Below are positions 1 through 11,681 of a DNA stretch of 64,000 bases, piece after piece. Each line of letters opens with the position of its first letter. Position 1 is the stretch's first letter. This stretch comes from Octopus vulgaris (taxonomy: Eukaryota): the NCBI GenBank assembly GCA_951406725.2, contig OX597814.1, positions 167,338,001-167,402,000 on the forward strand. Reading direction: 5' to 3'. The translations under genes and the position numbers were made by a program. Below the pieces are notes generated by a model. The model had not been told where the DNA came from and searched no databases. It saw only the letters and a program-made list of their open reading frames with translations.

Positions 1-739
1 TCTTTTTTTTTTTATTAATATGTATCAGGATGGCAGTCGTTTGATTAATTCCTTTTGTTGCTATTCAATTCCCTTTGATATTTTTCAGTTACCTAAGCAG
101 AAGCACGTTCATATATATCAGCAACAACTGCCTCATTATTTCACTTGTTATTCTACAGATCAATGATTGTATGTGTACACATAATTTTCTGCTGTTCTGC
201 CGATCCAAGTTAACTTTACTATCTTTTTTTATTGATACCTACAGACTGATCATTTGACTTATCACATATGAGATTTTTCCAATTCCTTTTCATATTCTTC
301 AATTACCCAAGCTTGATACGTCTCCACATTGACTTCTACATTGAATTACTCAATAATAATAACTTTGACCATGCAGGTTATAAAAAATTTAATTGAATCA
401 CAGTCTTACATATGTTGATAATAAAAAATAACAAAGTGTCAAATCACTGCTTGATTTATAATTATTTTTTATAAACCTTATCTGGAATGAAGATTTTTAT
501 GTGTTGAAGAAATTTATTACAATATTAAAAATATGATAAAATTGCACCAGAATATGAATGCTGATAGTGTTTGATTCATTGAAGTAGTTAGACTAACTTG
601 AATATAAATTTAACTTTTTTAACATTGGTTGTTTGCAAATACGAAGTACTGACTACTGTTATTTTAACTTATCATTGTCTGTATACAAAGGCCATATTCA
701 ATAAAATTGCTGATACACTAGCAAAAATTAAGACAATGG

Positions 740-1530
740 CATTGGTTGCTGATGAGGCAGTAAAAAATTATTAATTTTGCCAAACCTATATCATTGAACA
801 TGCATCTTTCATTATCCTTTGTGATGAACGTGGCCATACTGTTGTGTACTGAAATACAATGGTTGATGGCAGGAAAGACACTAGTGTCATAATTTAAATT
901 AAAAGATGAGTTAGCAGCTTTTATTACGTAACTTTATTTCCATTTCAAAGACCAATTAACAAAAAGTGAATGCTCAGACTTGGTTATTTCCCTAAAATCA
1001 ATAGAGTTAAACTTTTATTTCAAGAGAAGCAAATAACAGTTTTATTATGCTATTGTAGTGATGCCTGGTTCTAGATGTCATTGTGGAACATTCATCCACG
1101 CATGTGTATAGATTTAGAGCTTTACGGAGATCTGACAAAAGCCACTTATGCGCATGTGCAATCATCAGCAGCAGCTAGGCTTGACCACCCATTCATCCTC
1201 TTCAGCCCTGACTTCTGACCAGACAGGACGCAACTTAGACCACCATTATGATGGTGAGCGACATTGCGAGTCTGTGAAAATGCCTTCGTATTTTTGTGTC
1301 ACCTACCAACCCTGCTGCTTCCACACCAAGGTGTCCAGGCTACCGATGTCCAGAGACAAAATGTTTACTTAGGTGAAATAAATTATTATTGTTATTTGTT
1401 CGGAGAGATCTTGTCCTCACCTTTTCCTTCCATGAACTATGTATGGAATTGTGAAGCACCCATCCAGTGCCAATCCATTTCCTACACTATAAATCCAAAC
1501 CTTCAAAAGGAATTTAGAATTTTAGAAAAC
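740..1530 (+). mobile_element. Decayed hAT (Charlie/Buster-like) transposase fragment, interrupted by a solo LTR
   Basis: Broken frames resemble hAT motifs: 'KIINF', 'LLCTEIQWL..GKTLV..FKLKDEL' (cf. LLHTEVRWLSRGK), 'ELNFYFQEKQITV', resuming after the LTR as 'KIQTFKRNLEF'. Confidence 0.6.
1054..1486. mobile_element. Solo LTR (Ty3/Gypsy-like)
   Basis: TGTAG...CTACA termini; 4-bp TSD CTAT at 1050-1053 and 1487-1490; homologous to 43047-43496. Confidence 0.85.
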
Positions 1531-1572
1531 TTACATTCAAAATCAAGAACTTCACAGTTTTATTGTTTTTAA

Positions 1573-1775
1573 AGAATCCTTATCGCACTGGACAAACTGC
1601 TAAGTGCCATTTCTTCTGACTTTACGTTCTGAATTCAAATGTTGCAGGGATCAATTTTGCCTTTCATCTTTTCTGGGTTGATAAAAGAAGTACCAGTTGA
1701 GCACTGGGTTTGGTGTAATTAACTTACTCCCTCCCATGAAATTACTGGCCTTGTGCCAAAATTTAAAATCAATAT
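1573..1775 (+). mobile_element. tRNA-derived SINE, family A (degenerate)
   Basis: B-box-like gaattcaaat followed by family body ttgcctttcatc...aagtaccagttgagcactggg. Confidence 0.7.
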
Positions 1776-2119
1776 TAAGGTAAACAACCTTTAGAGAGCT
1801 AAAACATAAGATGATTAAAATTTAAAATTTCAAAAATGCCCAAGAATGATAAATATGGAAAACAGACAGAGATGTTTTCACAAGGTCAGAGCACATCGTA
1901 CTTCAATCTAAGTCAGATATTTTTCACTGAGAATACTCTATAATATTCTGTAGTTTATGTGAAGAAAAGGACATATACTGAATGTATTGATACAAAAATG
2001 ATGCCAGGACATTATAAAACTTTTTCACCTAGGTTGTAACTCATCAGTCAGAATTATGAAACAGTCACATGATTCCATAGTTTACACACACACACATCCA
2101 TACATATATACATGCATAT

Positions 2120-2333
2120 AAGGCAAGCTGGCAGAATAATTATCATGGTAGGTAAAATGCTTAGCAGCATTTTGTCCCATCTTTATGTTTTGAGTTCAAA
2201 TTCCACCATAATTGACTTTGCCTTTCATTCTTATGGGATTGATAAAATAAGTACCAGTTGAACATTGGGGTCAATTTAATCAACTTACTGTCCCTCAAAA
2301 TTGCTGACATTGTGCCAAAATTTGAAATCAATA
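2120..2333 (+). mobile_element. tRNA-derived SINE, family A
   Basis: aggcaagctggcagaat (A-box-like)...gagttcaaattcc (B-box)...tgtgccaaaatttgaaa. Confidence 0.8.
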
Positions 2334-3399
2334 GATAAATATATATACATATATATATATATACATACATACATACATGCATATATTATATATATAAAAC
2401 TTACTTGTTAATACAAATTTGGTGTGTTGTGTTCCATTACTTGATAAATGAAAAAATGTATAAACAAATGGCATAACCTATACTGAATGTAAAAATAAAT
2501 GGGAGACAAACAGAGGGTCTGTAATTCTTCATCAGTTATTCACCCAGTGATACTGTTCAGTTTCACACCTTTAATGGTAAGATTGAGTGCTTCCCAATTG
2601 GTAGCGCCTACAAAAAATTTTTTTCTTGTGGAGAATTAGGGACAAGAGCAAACAAAACAAAATAAAACAAGTAAAATGACACAGAGTGTGATTTAGGACA
2701 GGGGACAAGGATGAAAAGTCAAACAAAATATGGCCTTGGGGGCCAAGGAGACAAGAATAGTGGGTAACACTTAGAAAATGTCTTGAAGGATGGAGAATGG
2801 AGAGACAGAGAATTTGTGGACTGGTCAGCTAAGGGACCTGTGTAAGAAAGGAAGAAAAAGGAAAACTGGCCATTGGTCATGTGACAGCAGCAGGCAGAGG
2901 AGAAAGACAACAGGGAGAGGGAGCGACAGAGTAAAAAAGGAAGGGGATGAAGGGGAGGGAGAGAGGCTAGGAAAAAAAAGAGAGAGAAAAGGAGAAGTAG
3001 AAAGGCTAGGATAACATGATAGCATTCTGTACATTATAATGATTAATTTTATTTTAGCATATGCAGAAATGCATCACATAAACAAATAGATGAAAATGGT
3101 AGAAATAATTTAGCAAGCTTCCAGTACACCAAAATTCAGGAAGTGCCAGCTTTTAAAAACTGTACAATCTAAAATGATGTCAATAAATTTTTCATTTGCT
3201 ACTGCATTTAAATTCACTGATCTTTTGTGCATATGGAATCACTTTCTAATCAAAGCTCCATGTTGTAACATGATGCTTTGATTATTTGGATTATTTGAAA
3301 AGTATTTACTTACTAAATTATAAAAAAATCTTCCAAACATTGATGCACTTCATTCAAAAAAGGTTGAAAGTCCATTCACATTAAAATCATCACCTAGTT

Positions 3400-3675
3400 C
3401 ATTGGAAATGTCTTAGAAAGTAAGAAAACTGGTTTTGCATGCAAGTTTTCCAAAATCTAATTTCCTTTTGAAGGCTTGGATTGATAGCAAAAATGAAAAA
3501 TTGTTATTTGCTTCCTTTGAAATAAAAATTCATTCATTTTGGAAAAAAAACATCAACCAAATGACAAAGTTTAATCAATCACTTTTTGTTAATTGGTTTT
3601 TGAAATGGAAAATATGTTACATAAGAAAACCTGCTTAATTTGTCTTTTTATTCAAACAATCACACTAGTGCCATT
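3400..3675 (-). mobile_element. Second, inverted copy of the hAT transposase fragment
   Basis: Reverse complement matches 878-980 (cactagtgt...ttccatttcaaa.accaattaacaaaaagtga) and 1492-1517 (aatccaa.ccttcaaaaggaa.ttag). Confidence 0.65.
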
Positions 3676-3694
3676 CCAGAAGTCAAATATTGTA

Positions 3695-3828
3695 GGCACA
3701 GGCATGGCTGTGGGGTAAGAAATTTGCTTCCCAACAACATGGTTCAGGATCAGCCCCACAGCATGGCACCTTGGGCAAGTGTTTTCTACTATTGCTTTGG
3801 TCTAACCAAAGCCTTGAGAGGAAGCTCA

Positions 3829-3875
<47 letters not shown>

Positions 3876-4079
3876 TGTGTGTGTGTGTGTGTCCTTTCAC
3901 TGCTTGACAACTGGTGTTGGTGTTTACTTTCCCTTAACTTAAAGTTTTGGTAAAAGAGTCGATAGAATAAGAACCAGGCTTTAAAAAATTTAAGTACAGG
4001 TGTCAATTCATTTAACAATAAATTCTTCAAGGTGGTGTCCCAGCATAGCTGCAGTCTAATGATTGAAACAAGTAAAATA
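3695..4079 (+). mobile_element. tRNA-derived SINE, family B (CORE-like ccttgggcaagt), with internal (GT)n
   Basis: ggcacaggcatggctgtggggtaag head; ccttgggcaagtg core; gattgaaacaagtaaaa tail shared with other copies. Confidence 0.8.
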
Positions 4080-4239
4080 TTGTATTTCAGAATACAGCAG
4101 AAGGATTTTGTGGTTACTTATCATTTCATCATAAAGTATATTGGGCGATAAAATATATACTCAATGATATAGATTTGATAAAATTAATAATCTTTACATC
4201 ATCAGCAGCCAATGTCAGTATCATAATCTTCATAGACTA

Positions 4240-4460
4240 CATTTCTACTGCATAAGATGCATAGAAGGTGCTTGTAAAGACATGAAAATGACATACATAG
4301 GGGAGACATCTAATAGCATTGCAGAAAGACTAAATGAACATATGAGACAATATGATGACAAAAAGCAGTCCCCCAGTCTCTACCAACATGCCAAGGGTCA
4401 ACATGGAGGCAACCTGGGTCAACTTGACATCCACATTTATCCAAGCACCCAAAGGACCCA
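4240..4460 (+). mobile_element. Penelope-like element GIY-YIG endonuclease fragment
   Basis: 'CIRC..ACKDMKMTYIGETSNSIAERLNEHMR...SLYQHA' fits the PLE GIY-YIG pattern C..C..YIGET..L..R..EH. Confidence 0.75.
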
Positions 4461-4479
4461 ACCCTCAGATGTGTATGGA

Positions 4480-4920
4480 GATACACATCCATACATACAG
4501 ACACAGTACATAGTCACAAAAACCCATACACACACACACACACTCAGACATGCACAAACACGGAGACAGAAGTACACACACACACACACACACATGCAAG
4601 CACACATATGCACACATAAAAACACACAAACACACAAACATGAATATGCAGAATACATGCATACAAATGCACACATATAATACATATATACATATGCACA
4701 CACACACATACATATATGCATACAGATACTTGCATGCATGCATACATACATAAATACATACATACATGCATACATACATACATGCATACATGCATACATA
4801 CATACATGCATACATACATACATGCATACATACATACATACATACATACATACATACATACATACATGCATGCATACATACATGTGTATGCGCACACACA
4901 CTGACCCACACACATGTGCA
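4480..4920. repeat. (CA)n/(CATA)n/(CATG) compound microsatellite
   Basis: Directly visible. Confidence 0.95.
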
Positions 4921-5809
4921 CAAACAAAAAGAATGCAGCTTGAATAACGGGCAGAGTCAACAACTATTGAAAAGGTTGCAAGATGCAATGAAAATTTTAG
5001 AAAAATAAATAAGAAAATGAGTGGGAATTTTACTGGTGAGTGTGTTAAATTATAAGGCACTAAAATAAATGTCTCTCCCCAGACACAACAAAACTTATTT
5101 TCCTTTCCTTTTATCAACTAGATGAATGATCTCAAAATTATGTCAGCACTTAATTTGTCCAATAGTACTATTTGATATTTTGTGGCATAATACATGTAGG
5201 GTGTAATAGCCTATAAGGAAACCAGGTTAACTAACACTGGGAGATTTGCCATGAATTAACTTAAGCACTAAATTTGTGATTTTTTTTTTTTGAACAATAC
5301 ACAATAAGGTGAATTATTTAGAAGGGAATTATATTTCATCATAGTATTTGTGTTTTGTTAAGAACTTCATTTGGTTTCTTTGGACTAGAGTTAGTTGCTG
5401 TCTGCTTTGAAGAAATATTCTTTGAATTTGACAAAATAGTTTCAACTCTAGCGTGAATTTAATTGTCACAAATTGGAACCATTCTACAGTATTTTTCTTT
5501 TAAAGTTAACAATCCATCCTTGAAATTAAAAGAAAAATACTGAAAGAAAAAAAAACTATATAGAAAACAATGCAATAAAATAGTTTAAAACTGTAGAGTA
5601 TTGAAGATGTAAAAATTAAATTAATCATCAAAATTTATGTTGAGCTTTTAAGTATTTTTTAAAAATTAAGCAATAAATTTGAAAAATCATCAGTTAAATT
5701 AACTTTTTAAACAATAAAATGATTGAAGTTGTAAATCAATAACTAAAATGATAAAACGAACGTTTGATAATATATTTGAAAAAAAATGATTATTTAAAAG
5801 TAAAATTGG

Positions 5810-5970
5810 ATGAAGTATGGCTGTATGATCATGAAGTTTGCTTCCTAATCATGTGGTTTTTGGGCTCAGTTTCACTGTATGATACCTTAGGTATGAGCTT
5901 TCTGCTAAAGCTCCAAGCCAGCCAAAGCCTTGTGGGCATATTTGATAGTCTCAAACTGAAAAATGACCAT

Positions 5971-6001
<31 letters not shown>

Positions 6002-6620
6002 CATGAAAATGTGTGTGTGTTTCTGTCTCTTTGTCTTGACATCATGTGATTATTGGGAAGGGCATCCAGTCATAGAAACCTTGCCAAAGGTTTCTATGAA
6101 GGCGGTGAGCTGGCAGAAATGTTAGCACGCCAGGCGAAATGCTTAGCGGTATTTCGTTTGCCGCTACGTTCTGAGTTCAAATTCCGCCGAGGTTGACTTT
6201 GCCTTTCATCCTTTCAGGGTCGATTAAATAAGTACCAGTTCCGCACTGGGGTCGATATAATTGACTTAATTCGTTTGTCTGTCCTTGTTTGTCCCCTCTG
6301 TGTGTAGCCCCTTGTGGGTAGTAAAAAAATAGGTATTTCGTTTGCCGCTACGTTCTGAGTTCAAATTCCGCCGAGGTTGACTTTGCCTTTCATCCTTTCA
6401 GGGTCGATTAAATAAGTACCAGTTCCGCACTGGGGTCGATATAATTGACTTAATCCGTTTGTCTGTCCTTGTTTGTCCCCTCTGTGTGTAGCCCCTTGTG
6501 GGCAGTAAAGAAATAAAAAACCTTGCCAAAGTAAACATTGGAGTTCAATGCATTCCTCTGCCTTATCAGATACTGTTGAACCACTCAACCCATACCAGCA
6601 TGGAATACAGACATTATATG
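5810..6620 (+). mobile_element. Old composite SINE (family-B head, family-C-type tail) interrupted by a young family-A SINE
   Basis: Degenerate B head from 5810; tail ggaagggcatccag...acccataccagcatggaa split at ~6089/6518. Confidence 0.6.
6100..6515 (+). mobile_element. Young family-A SINE with internal tandem duplication (6148-6331 / 6332-6515)
   Basis: CpG-rich near-consensus copy; TSD aaaccttgccaaag at 6076-6089 and 6518-6531. Confidence 0.9.
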
Positions 6621-7469
6621 ACGACGACGATGACGATGATGATAACAACGATGACAATAATGACAACAATGACAACAGTTATGATAATGACAATGATTTT
6701 TGAACTTTAAGGAATTCATACAAACTGATGAGAATGAACAATGAGGATGAAATGAATGGCATTAAAAATTCTGGCTTATCACATTCTCCTTCGCTTCATC
6801 ATTGATGCGCTCATATTTTTTCACACCCATTCAATTGACAAAAATATCTGAGTTAAACTTTCACAACATCACTGCATTTATATCTGGTCAGCAATGTCAA
6901 AATTAATGCTACAAGTCCTCTATCTCCAAGCAAACTAAAAATTTTAATTTAATGATATATCAGTCTTAAAATCTCCCTCAGCCTGTACATCTTTAAACAC
7001 AGAAATGACTCGTCTCTCTTCTACCTTTCTACCTCTTTCTCTCTTTCTTTCACACAATCAAATCATTTACCTACACATATATAAGTATATAAGCAAATAT
7101 TAACAGAAAATACTTTCTTCAATTATCTAAATTGAAAACATTATTTTTAAAGCAATAGACATTTTGGTTTAAATATATGTTTTACGAAACATCAATGTTT
7201 GCCTCAATAATTAAAATGAAAATTTTGTTTTATATATCATTCTGTAAAGTATCAGTATTATTTAAATTTTGTCTTTTCATCTAATCGTAAGATATTGATT
7301 TTTAACATTAGCACCAGACCACAGATTCGCAAGGAGGGTAAAATATTAAAATAATCTTTAATGCTTTTAATTTACTCTCAGCAAAACAATGAAAAGAAGA
7401 ATTTTTTTAATTCCCTATAGCTAAACCACAGTAGTTTTTCACAACCACTGCCATATATGTGTTCTTTTA

Positions 7470-7640
7470 TGGTGCCGGTATGGCTGTATGGTTAAGAAGT
7501 TTGCTTTGCAATCACATGGTTTTGGATTTAGTTCCATCATGCAGCACCTTGGGCAAGGGCCTTCTACTATATCCCTGGACCAATAACTACTTTGTGAATG
7601 AATGTGATAGACAGAAACACTATGGAAGCCCAATGTATAT
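7470..7640 (+). mobile_element. Family-B SINE, 5' half
   Basis: ggtgccggtatggctgtatggttaagaag...caccttgggcaag. Confidence 0.75.
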
Positions 7641-7643
7641 ATA

Positions 7644-8050
7644 CAGGGTGTTCAGGCTAAATTTTATGTTTATTGTATCTCCTTTTTTTTTAGGAACAGC
7701 TTGATTATTGGTGTTGAAGAGCATAATGATTAAAGTTATGGTTGAGAAAAGGTTAGCTGATATGGAGGACTGAAAGCCATCTGAATATTGGAAAAGAGTT
7801 ACTTGTACCATGATGATTTGCACTGGCAATCAAAGTGCTGAAATCATGACAGCTGCTCAATGCCCAGTTAACATTGTAAGTACTGTAAAGTGTAACATGG
7901 ACTTCATGAAAACCAAGTTCCCTCAGTTTGTGATAGTCACCAGATGTGTCTCCAAACAGTAATGTTCCACATCATTGAACAGGGCCTTAGGCTCAATTCA
8001 GCCAGCTTTGTGAATCTGCTAGAGACTGTGGTCAAACCCTGACTAGACTG
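7644..8050 (+). mobile_element. Tc1/mariner-superfamily element fragment
   Basis: TA-CAGGGTG left terminus; 'MKTKFPQFVIVTRCVS...HIIEQGLRLNSASFVNLLETVVKP' resembles the Tc1-like DDE region. Confidence 0.65.
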
Positions 8051-8632
8051 AAGGTAGACTGAATCGATCATTTATCACTACTACCTTTAGCCGAGTCTGC
8101 TCAGTTGCTAGCATTCAGGCCAGGTCGCCAATTTAAGGATACCACCCCATCTTTCAGTCACTAGCCTCAAAGAGGCCTTGTGAAAGATTATGAACAGTGT
8201 TTTTCCTTCTGACTAAAAGATAAATCAAAAATACATTCTTTGGTTATATGTCTACTCATTCTGGGTTATCCTGAAGCTAAAAAATAACTTGAATTTCCCA
8301 AGCTGAAAACCAGCATTATGCATTTTAAGAAATATCATATATTCTAAATTAATGGAGGATGAGATTTTTTTAAACTAAATATTATATGAAATTGAGCTAA
8401 GCATTAAATCTTCAGAAAAAGTAATTTTGTAACATCTAAGAACAAACATACACATATCTATTTTATAAACTGATCACAAATGTAAATTTAAGCTATCAAC
8501 ATATCTACAGTAAATACTGTCAATATTTGTAAATTGCTAAATAAATATTTTGACATTTGAATTTTGAGTCAAGTTTAATTTGTAAGTTATTTCTTATTAA
8601 ACATAACTAGTCGTGGAAATTTTTGATACCAC

Positions 8633-8676
<44 letters not shown>

Positions 8677-8679
<3 letters not shown>

Positions 8680-9500
8680 CAAATCAAATCAAAATAGACA
8701 AAATAGATGAACATCAATGGAATTTGTATCTTGTGGTACCAGTGCCTGTGGCACACAAGAAATCCATCAGTGCTGTAGTCAGTGCGGTGGGCACATGACA
8801 AACACCATCCGATCGTGGCCGTTCGCCAGCCTCATCTAGCACCTGTGTCGGTGGCACATAAAAACACCATCCGAAGACCTGGCAAGACTAGTCAGGCCAT
8901 AACCCATGGCCCCTACCTGGGACGTAGTCAGTCCACCTGTGCATACCTTCCTTCTTGTGACACTTGTGAAGACCTGTTGAGGCAAGTGAAAATCAAAACA
9001 AATCAAAATAGATGAACATCAATGGAATTTGTATCTTTGTGGTACCAGTGCCGGTGGCACGTGGCACACAAGAAAACCATCCGAACGTGGCCGTAGCCAG
9101 TACCGCATCGACTGGCCTCCGTGCTGTGGGCACGTAACAAGCACCATCCGATCGTGGCCATTTGCCAGCCTCATCTGGCACCTGTGTCGGTGGCACATAA
9201 AAACACCATCCGAGCGTGGCCGTCTGCCAGCCTCGTCTGGCACCTGTGTCGGTGGCACATAAAAAACACCATCCGAGCGTGGCCGTTTGCCAGCCTCGTC
9301 TGGCACCTGTGTCGGTGGCACATAAAATCACCCACTACACTCTCGGAGTGGTTGGCGTTAGGAAGGGCATCCAGCTGTAGAAACACTGCCAGATCTGACT
9401 GGACTGGTGCAGCTTTCGGGCTCCCCAGACCCCAGTTGAACCGTCCAACCCATGCTAGCATGGAAAGCGGACGTTAAATGATGATGATGATGATGATGAT
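8677..9500 (+). mobile_element. Family-C SINE-like retroelement with internal ~60-bp tandem units and (GAT)n tail; partly duplicated
   Basis: Head aaatagatgaacatcaatggaa occurs twice (~8700, ~9007); units caccatccgagcgtggccg...gtggcacataaaaa; tail ggaagggcatccagctgtagaaac...ggacgttaaatgatgat. Confidence 0.85.
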
Positions 9501-9523
9501 GATATATATACATATATATACAT

Positions 9524-9730
9524 AAAGTTAATCCAAACATGGAAACACAAAGAGAAAACACAACAATGCGAGGACAATGAACAAGTATAGAGCTATTGGA
9601 CGCTCAGGAAAGAAAGAAGGAGGATTGAGTGGAGCTCTATCAGAAACATAGAAAAAGAAAAGATCCAAGGAAGGGAAGACGGAGGAAAAAAAAATCGCCA
9701 ACGTTACACACACGGTCACATATTGAAAGG
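9524..9730 (-). mobile_element. Penelope-like terminal-repeat fragment, hammerhead motif partly deleted
   Basis: Homologous to 48662-48870, but gagtggagctctatcag lacks the core segments present in that copy. Confidence 0.6.
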
Positions 9731-9746
9731 GACACACATATATATA

Positions 9747-10592
9747 TCTATATATATAAAACTCAACTTGTGAGTCTGTGTGTGTATCTGTGTGTGTGTG
9801 TCTGTGTGTCTGTGTGTTTAACTTCCCAGCACATCTCCTCCTAGCCAACAAATCGTAGAACCACCAAAAATGGGTCACTTAAAGTTTAGGCAAATGAAAA
9901 TTGAACTGCGCTATTTCTGTTCTGAAATTCATCTCGCAAGTGCAAAAATCGATAATGTGTTTGTTTAGGCCTTATCCCATGCATTGAATAGGGAACTTTA
10001 TTCAGTCAGCTGTTTGACGTGAACTGTGTTCACCACGCGTGCAAGCATGCATAAATTGCATGAAAAATAAAAAATCAAGATATAAAAACGAATCGCCGTA
10101 AACATTGTAGAAATTCGGCAAAGAAATGAATTTTTGGGATGTAGCCTGGAGGGTTTTTTCGTATTAATCGTTTGGACTTTGTGAACACATACCAATTGTT
10201 TTCATAACATTTTTAACGCTTTGAATTAAATGTGACCATTTTGCGTTGAGTCTGCAGTTTGAATCACTTTAACCAAATTTTAGCAGGCCAGATTTTTGAT
10301 CATCATGATACATCGCCAGCGACTCCCTGAAACTCTCCTCTGAAATCCCCATTGAGAAATACTGATCTAAAAGAATAATTCAACAATGCAATTATTTGAT
10401 CAACAAAAATTTATGAAATGCTTCTACGTACCTCCTATTGAGGAAATGGAACACATAAGCGCAAAAATAGAGGGCATTAAATGCTTGATTTTAAAACCAA
10501 AATAATTGAATTTTGATTGAACTTCATCCAAGTTTAGCTTAATTCGCGTGTGCATAGAACACACGAGCGCACGAGCCGGGCAATACTGCTAG
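9747..10592 (+). mobile_element. Non-autonomous Helitron
   Basis: 5' A|TCTATATATATAAAA; 3' GC-rich segment (cacgagcgcacgagccgggc) then CTAG|T; no TSD; CpG-rich. Confidence 0.75.
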
Positions 10593-10796
10593 TATATATA
10601 TATGATAGAAACAGGTTTTAAAGAAGAGAGACTCCATGTGCTATAAAAAGGAGAAAAGTAAAAAGAAACAAAGAAAATACATGCTAGGTATAAAAGTAAT
10701 GTTTTTCTTTTTATAAGAACAAAGATATTTACATACAAATAAATGATCTGAGGTGAAATTAAGAAGTATAAAAATCATTATAATGAGTCAATATAG

Positions 10797-10842
10797 AAAG
10801 TCATACTAGTTTCGTCATCACTGATCACTGTTCACTAACTTT
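10797..10842 (-). ncRNA. Candidate type I minimal hammerhead ribozyme, G3:C8 core variant
   Basis: Minus strand: AAAGUUA-GUGAACA-GUGAUC agu GAUGAC-GAAA-CUAG-UA-UGACUUU. Helix I 7 bp, helix II 6 positions with 1 mismatch, palindromic helix III ACUAGU, GUA site. Confidence 0.55.
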
Positions 10843-10863
10843 GAATCAACATCCTGTTGATTC

Positions 10864-10902
10864 AAAGTCAGTGAACAGCAATGACGAAGCCGGTATGACT
10901 TT
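10864..10902 (+). ncRNA. Mirror copy of the G3:C8 hammerhead-like motif (more degenerate)
   Basis: AAAGUCA-GUGAACA-gcaaugac-GAAG-CCGG-UA-UGACUUU; perfect 7-bp helix I, but A15.1>G and weak helix II. Confidence 0.4.
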
Positions 10903-11406
10903 CTATATTGACTCATTATAATGATTTTTATACTTCTTAATTTCACCTCAAATCATTTATTTGTATATATATATATATATATATATCTTTGTTTTTATTT
11001 AAAAAATACCCATTGCTTTTATACCTAGCATGTATTTTCTTTGTTTCTTTTTACTTTTCCCCGATATGTGTGTGTGTGTGCACGTGCGCACGTGTGCATG
11101 CATGTGTGTGTGAGTTTAGAGGGATGTATTATCTGAGCAGATACTATGGTAGCTCTGTTATGTTCCAGGTTATGACTTACCATATTGATTAATATTTAAC
11201 ATCCATGACTACTAGGAATTGTCACTCATGCTGTAAATTCCACCGATGGGTAATTCTGCTTCACTGGATAGTAATATTATCTGGAGTGTATATTAACGAT
11301 AATTATGACAACAATAGAGAATATGGAGACTGGTACATCATCAAAATTTATTTCCTTGTATTTTACAATGTCATACAGCATATTTTTATGGTTATGGTGC
11401 CCTACA

Positions 11407-11443
11407 TAGTAGTAGTAGTATGTTGCTATAGTAGTAGTAGTAA

Positions 11444-11510
<67 letters not shown>

Positions 11511-11535
11511 GGTGGTGGTGGTGGTGGTGGTGGTG

Positions 11536-11586
<51 letters not shown>

Positions 11587-11637
11587 ATGGTGGTGGTGGT
11601 AATGGTGGTAGTTGTGGTGGTGGTGGTAGTAGTAGTT

Positions 11638-11680
<43 letters not shown>
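11407..11680. repeat. (AGT)n/(GGT)n compound microsatellite
   Basis: Directly visible. Confidence 0.97.

Positions 11681-11681
<1 letters not shown>

Larger units (their letters stand above)
10653..11059. repeat. ~400-bp near-perfect palindrome (arms ~200 bp, loop TCC at 10852-10854)
   Basis: gaaaagtaaaaagaaacaaagaaaatacatgctagg...gaatcaaca-TCC-tgttgattc...cctagcatgtattttctttgtttctttttacttttc. Confidence 0.95.

Noticed and set aside
2015-2052. Minus-strand CTGATGA...GAAA
   Set aside because: No convincing helix II, helix III or helix I.
4437-5117. Long ORFs (Cys/Val/Met/Tyr- or His/Thr-rich), also at 11205-11752, 15514-15878, 22299-22679, 31250-31560, 34794-35115
   Set aside because: Translations of di-, tri- and tetranucleotide microsatellites; no domain signal.
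6100-6190. tRNA gene (A/B boxes), likewise other SINE heads
   Set aside because: No complete cloverleaf evident; always continues into a SINE body.
9140-9330. CRISPR-like array
   Set aside because: Units are contiguous tandem repeats without unique spacers, inside a SINE-like element in eukaryotic DNA; no cas genes.
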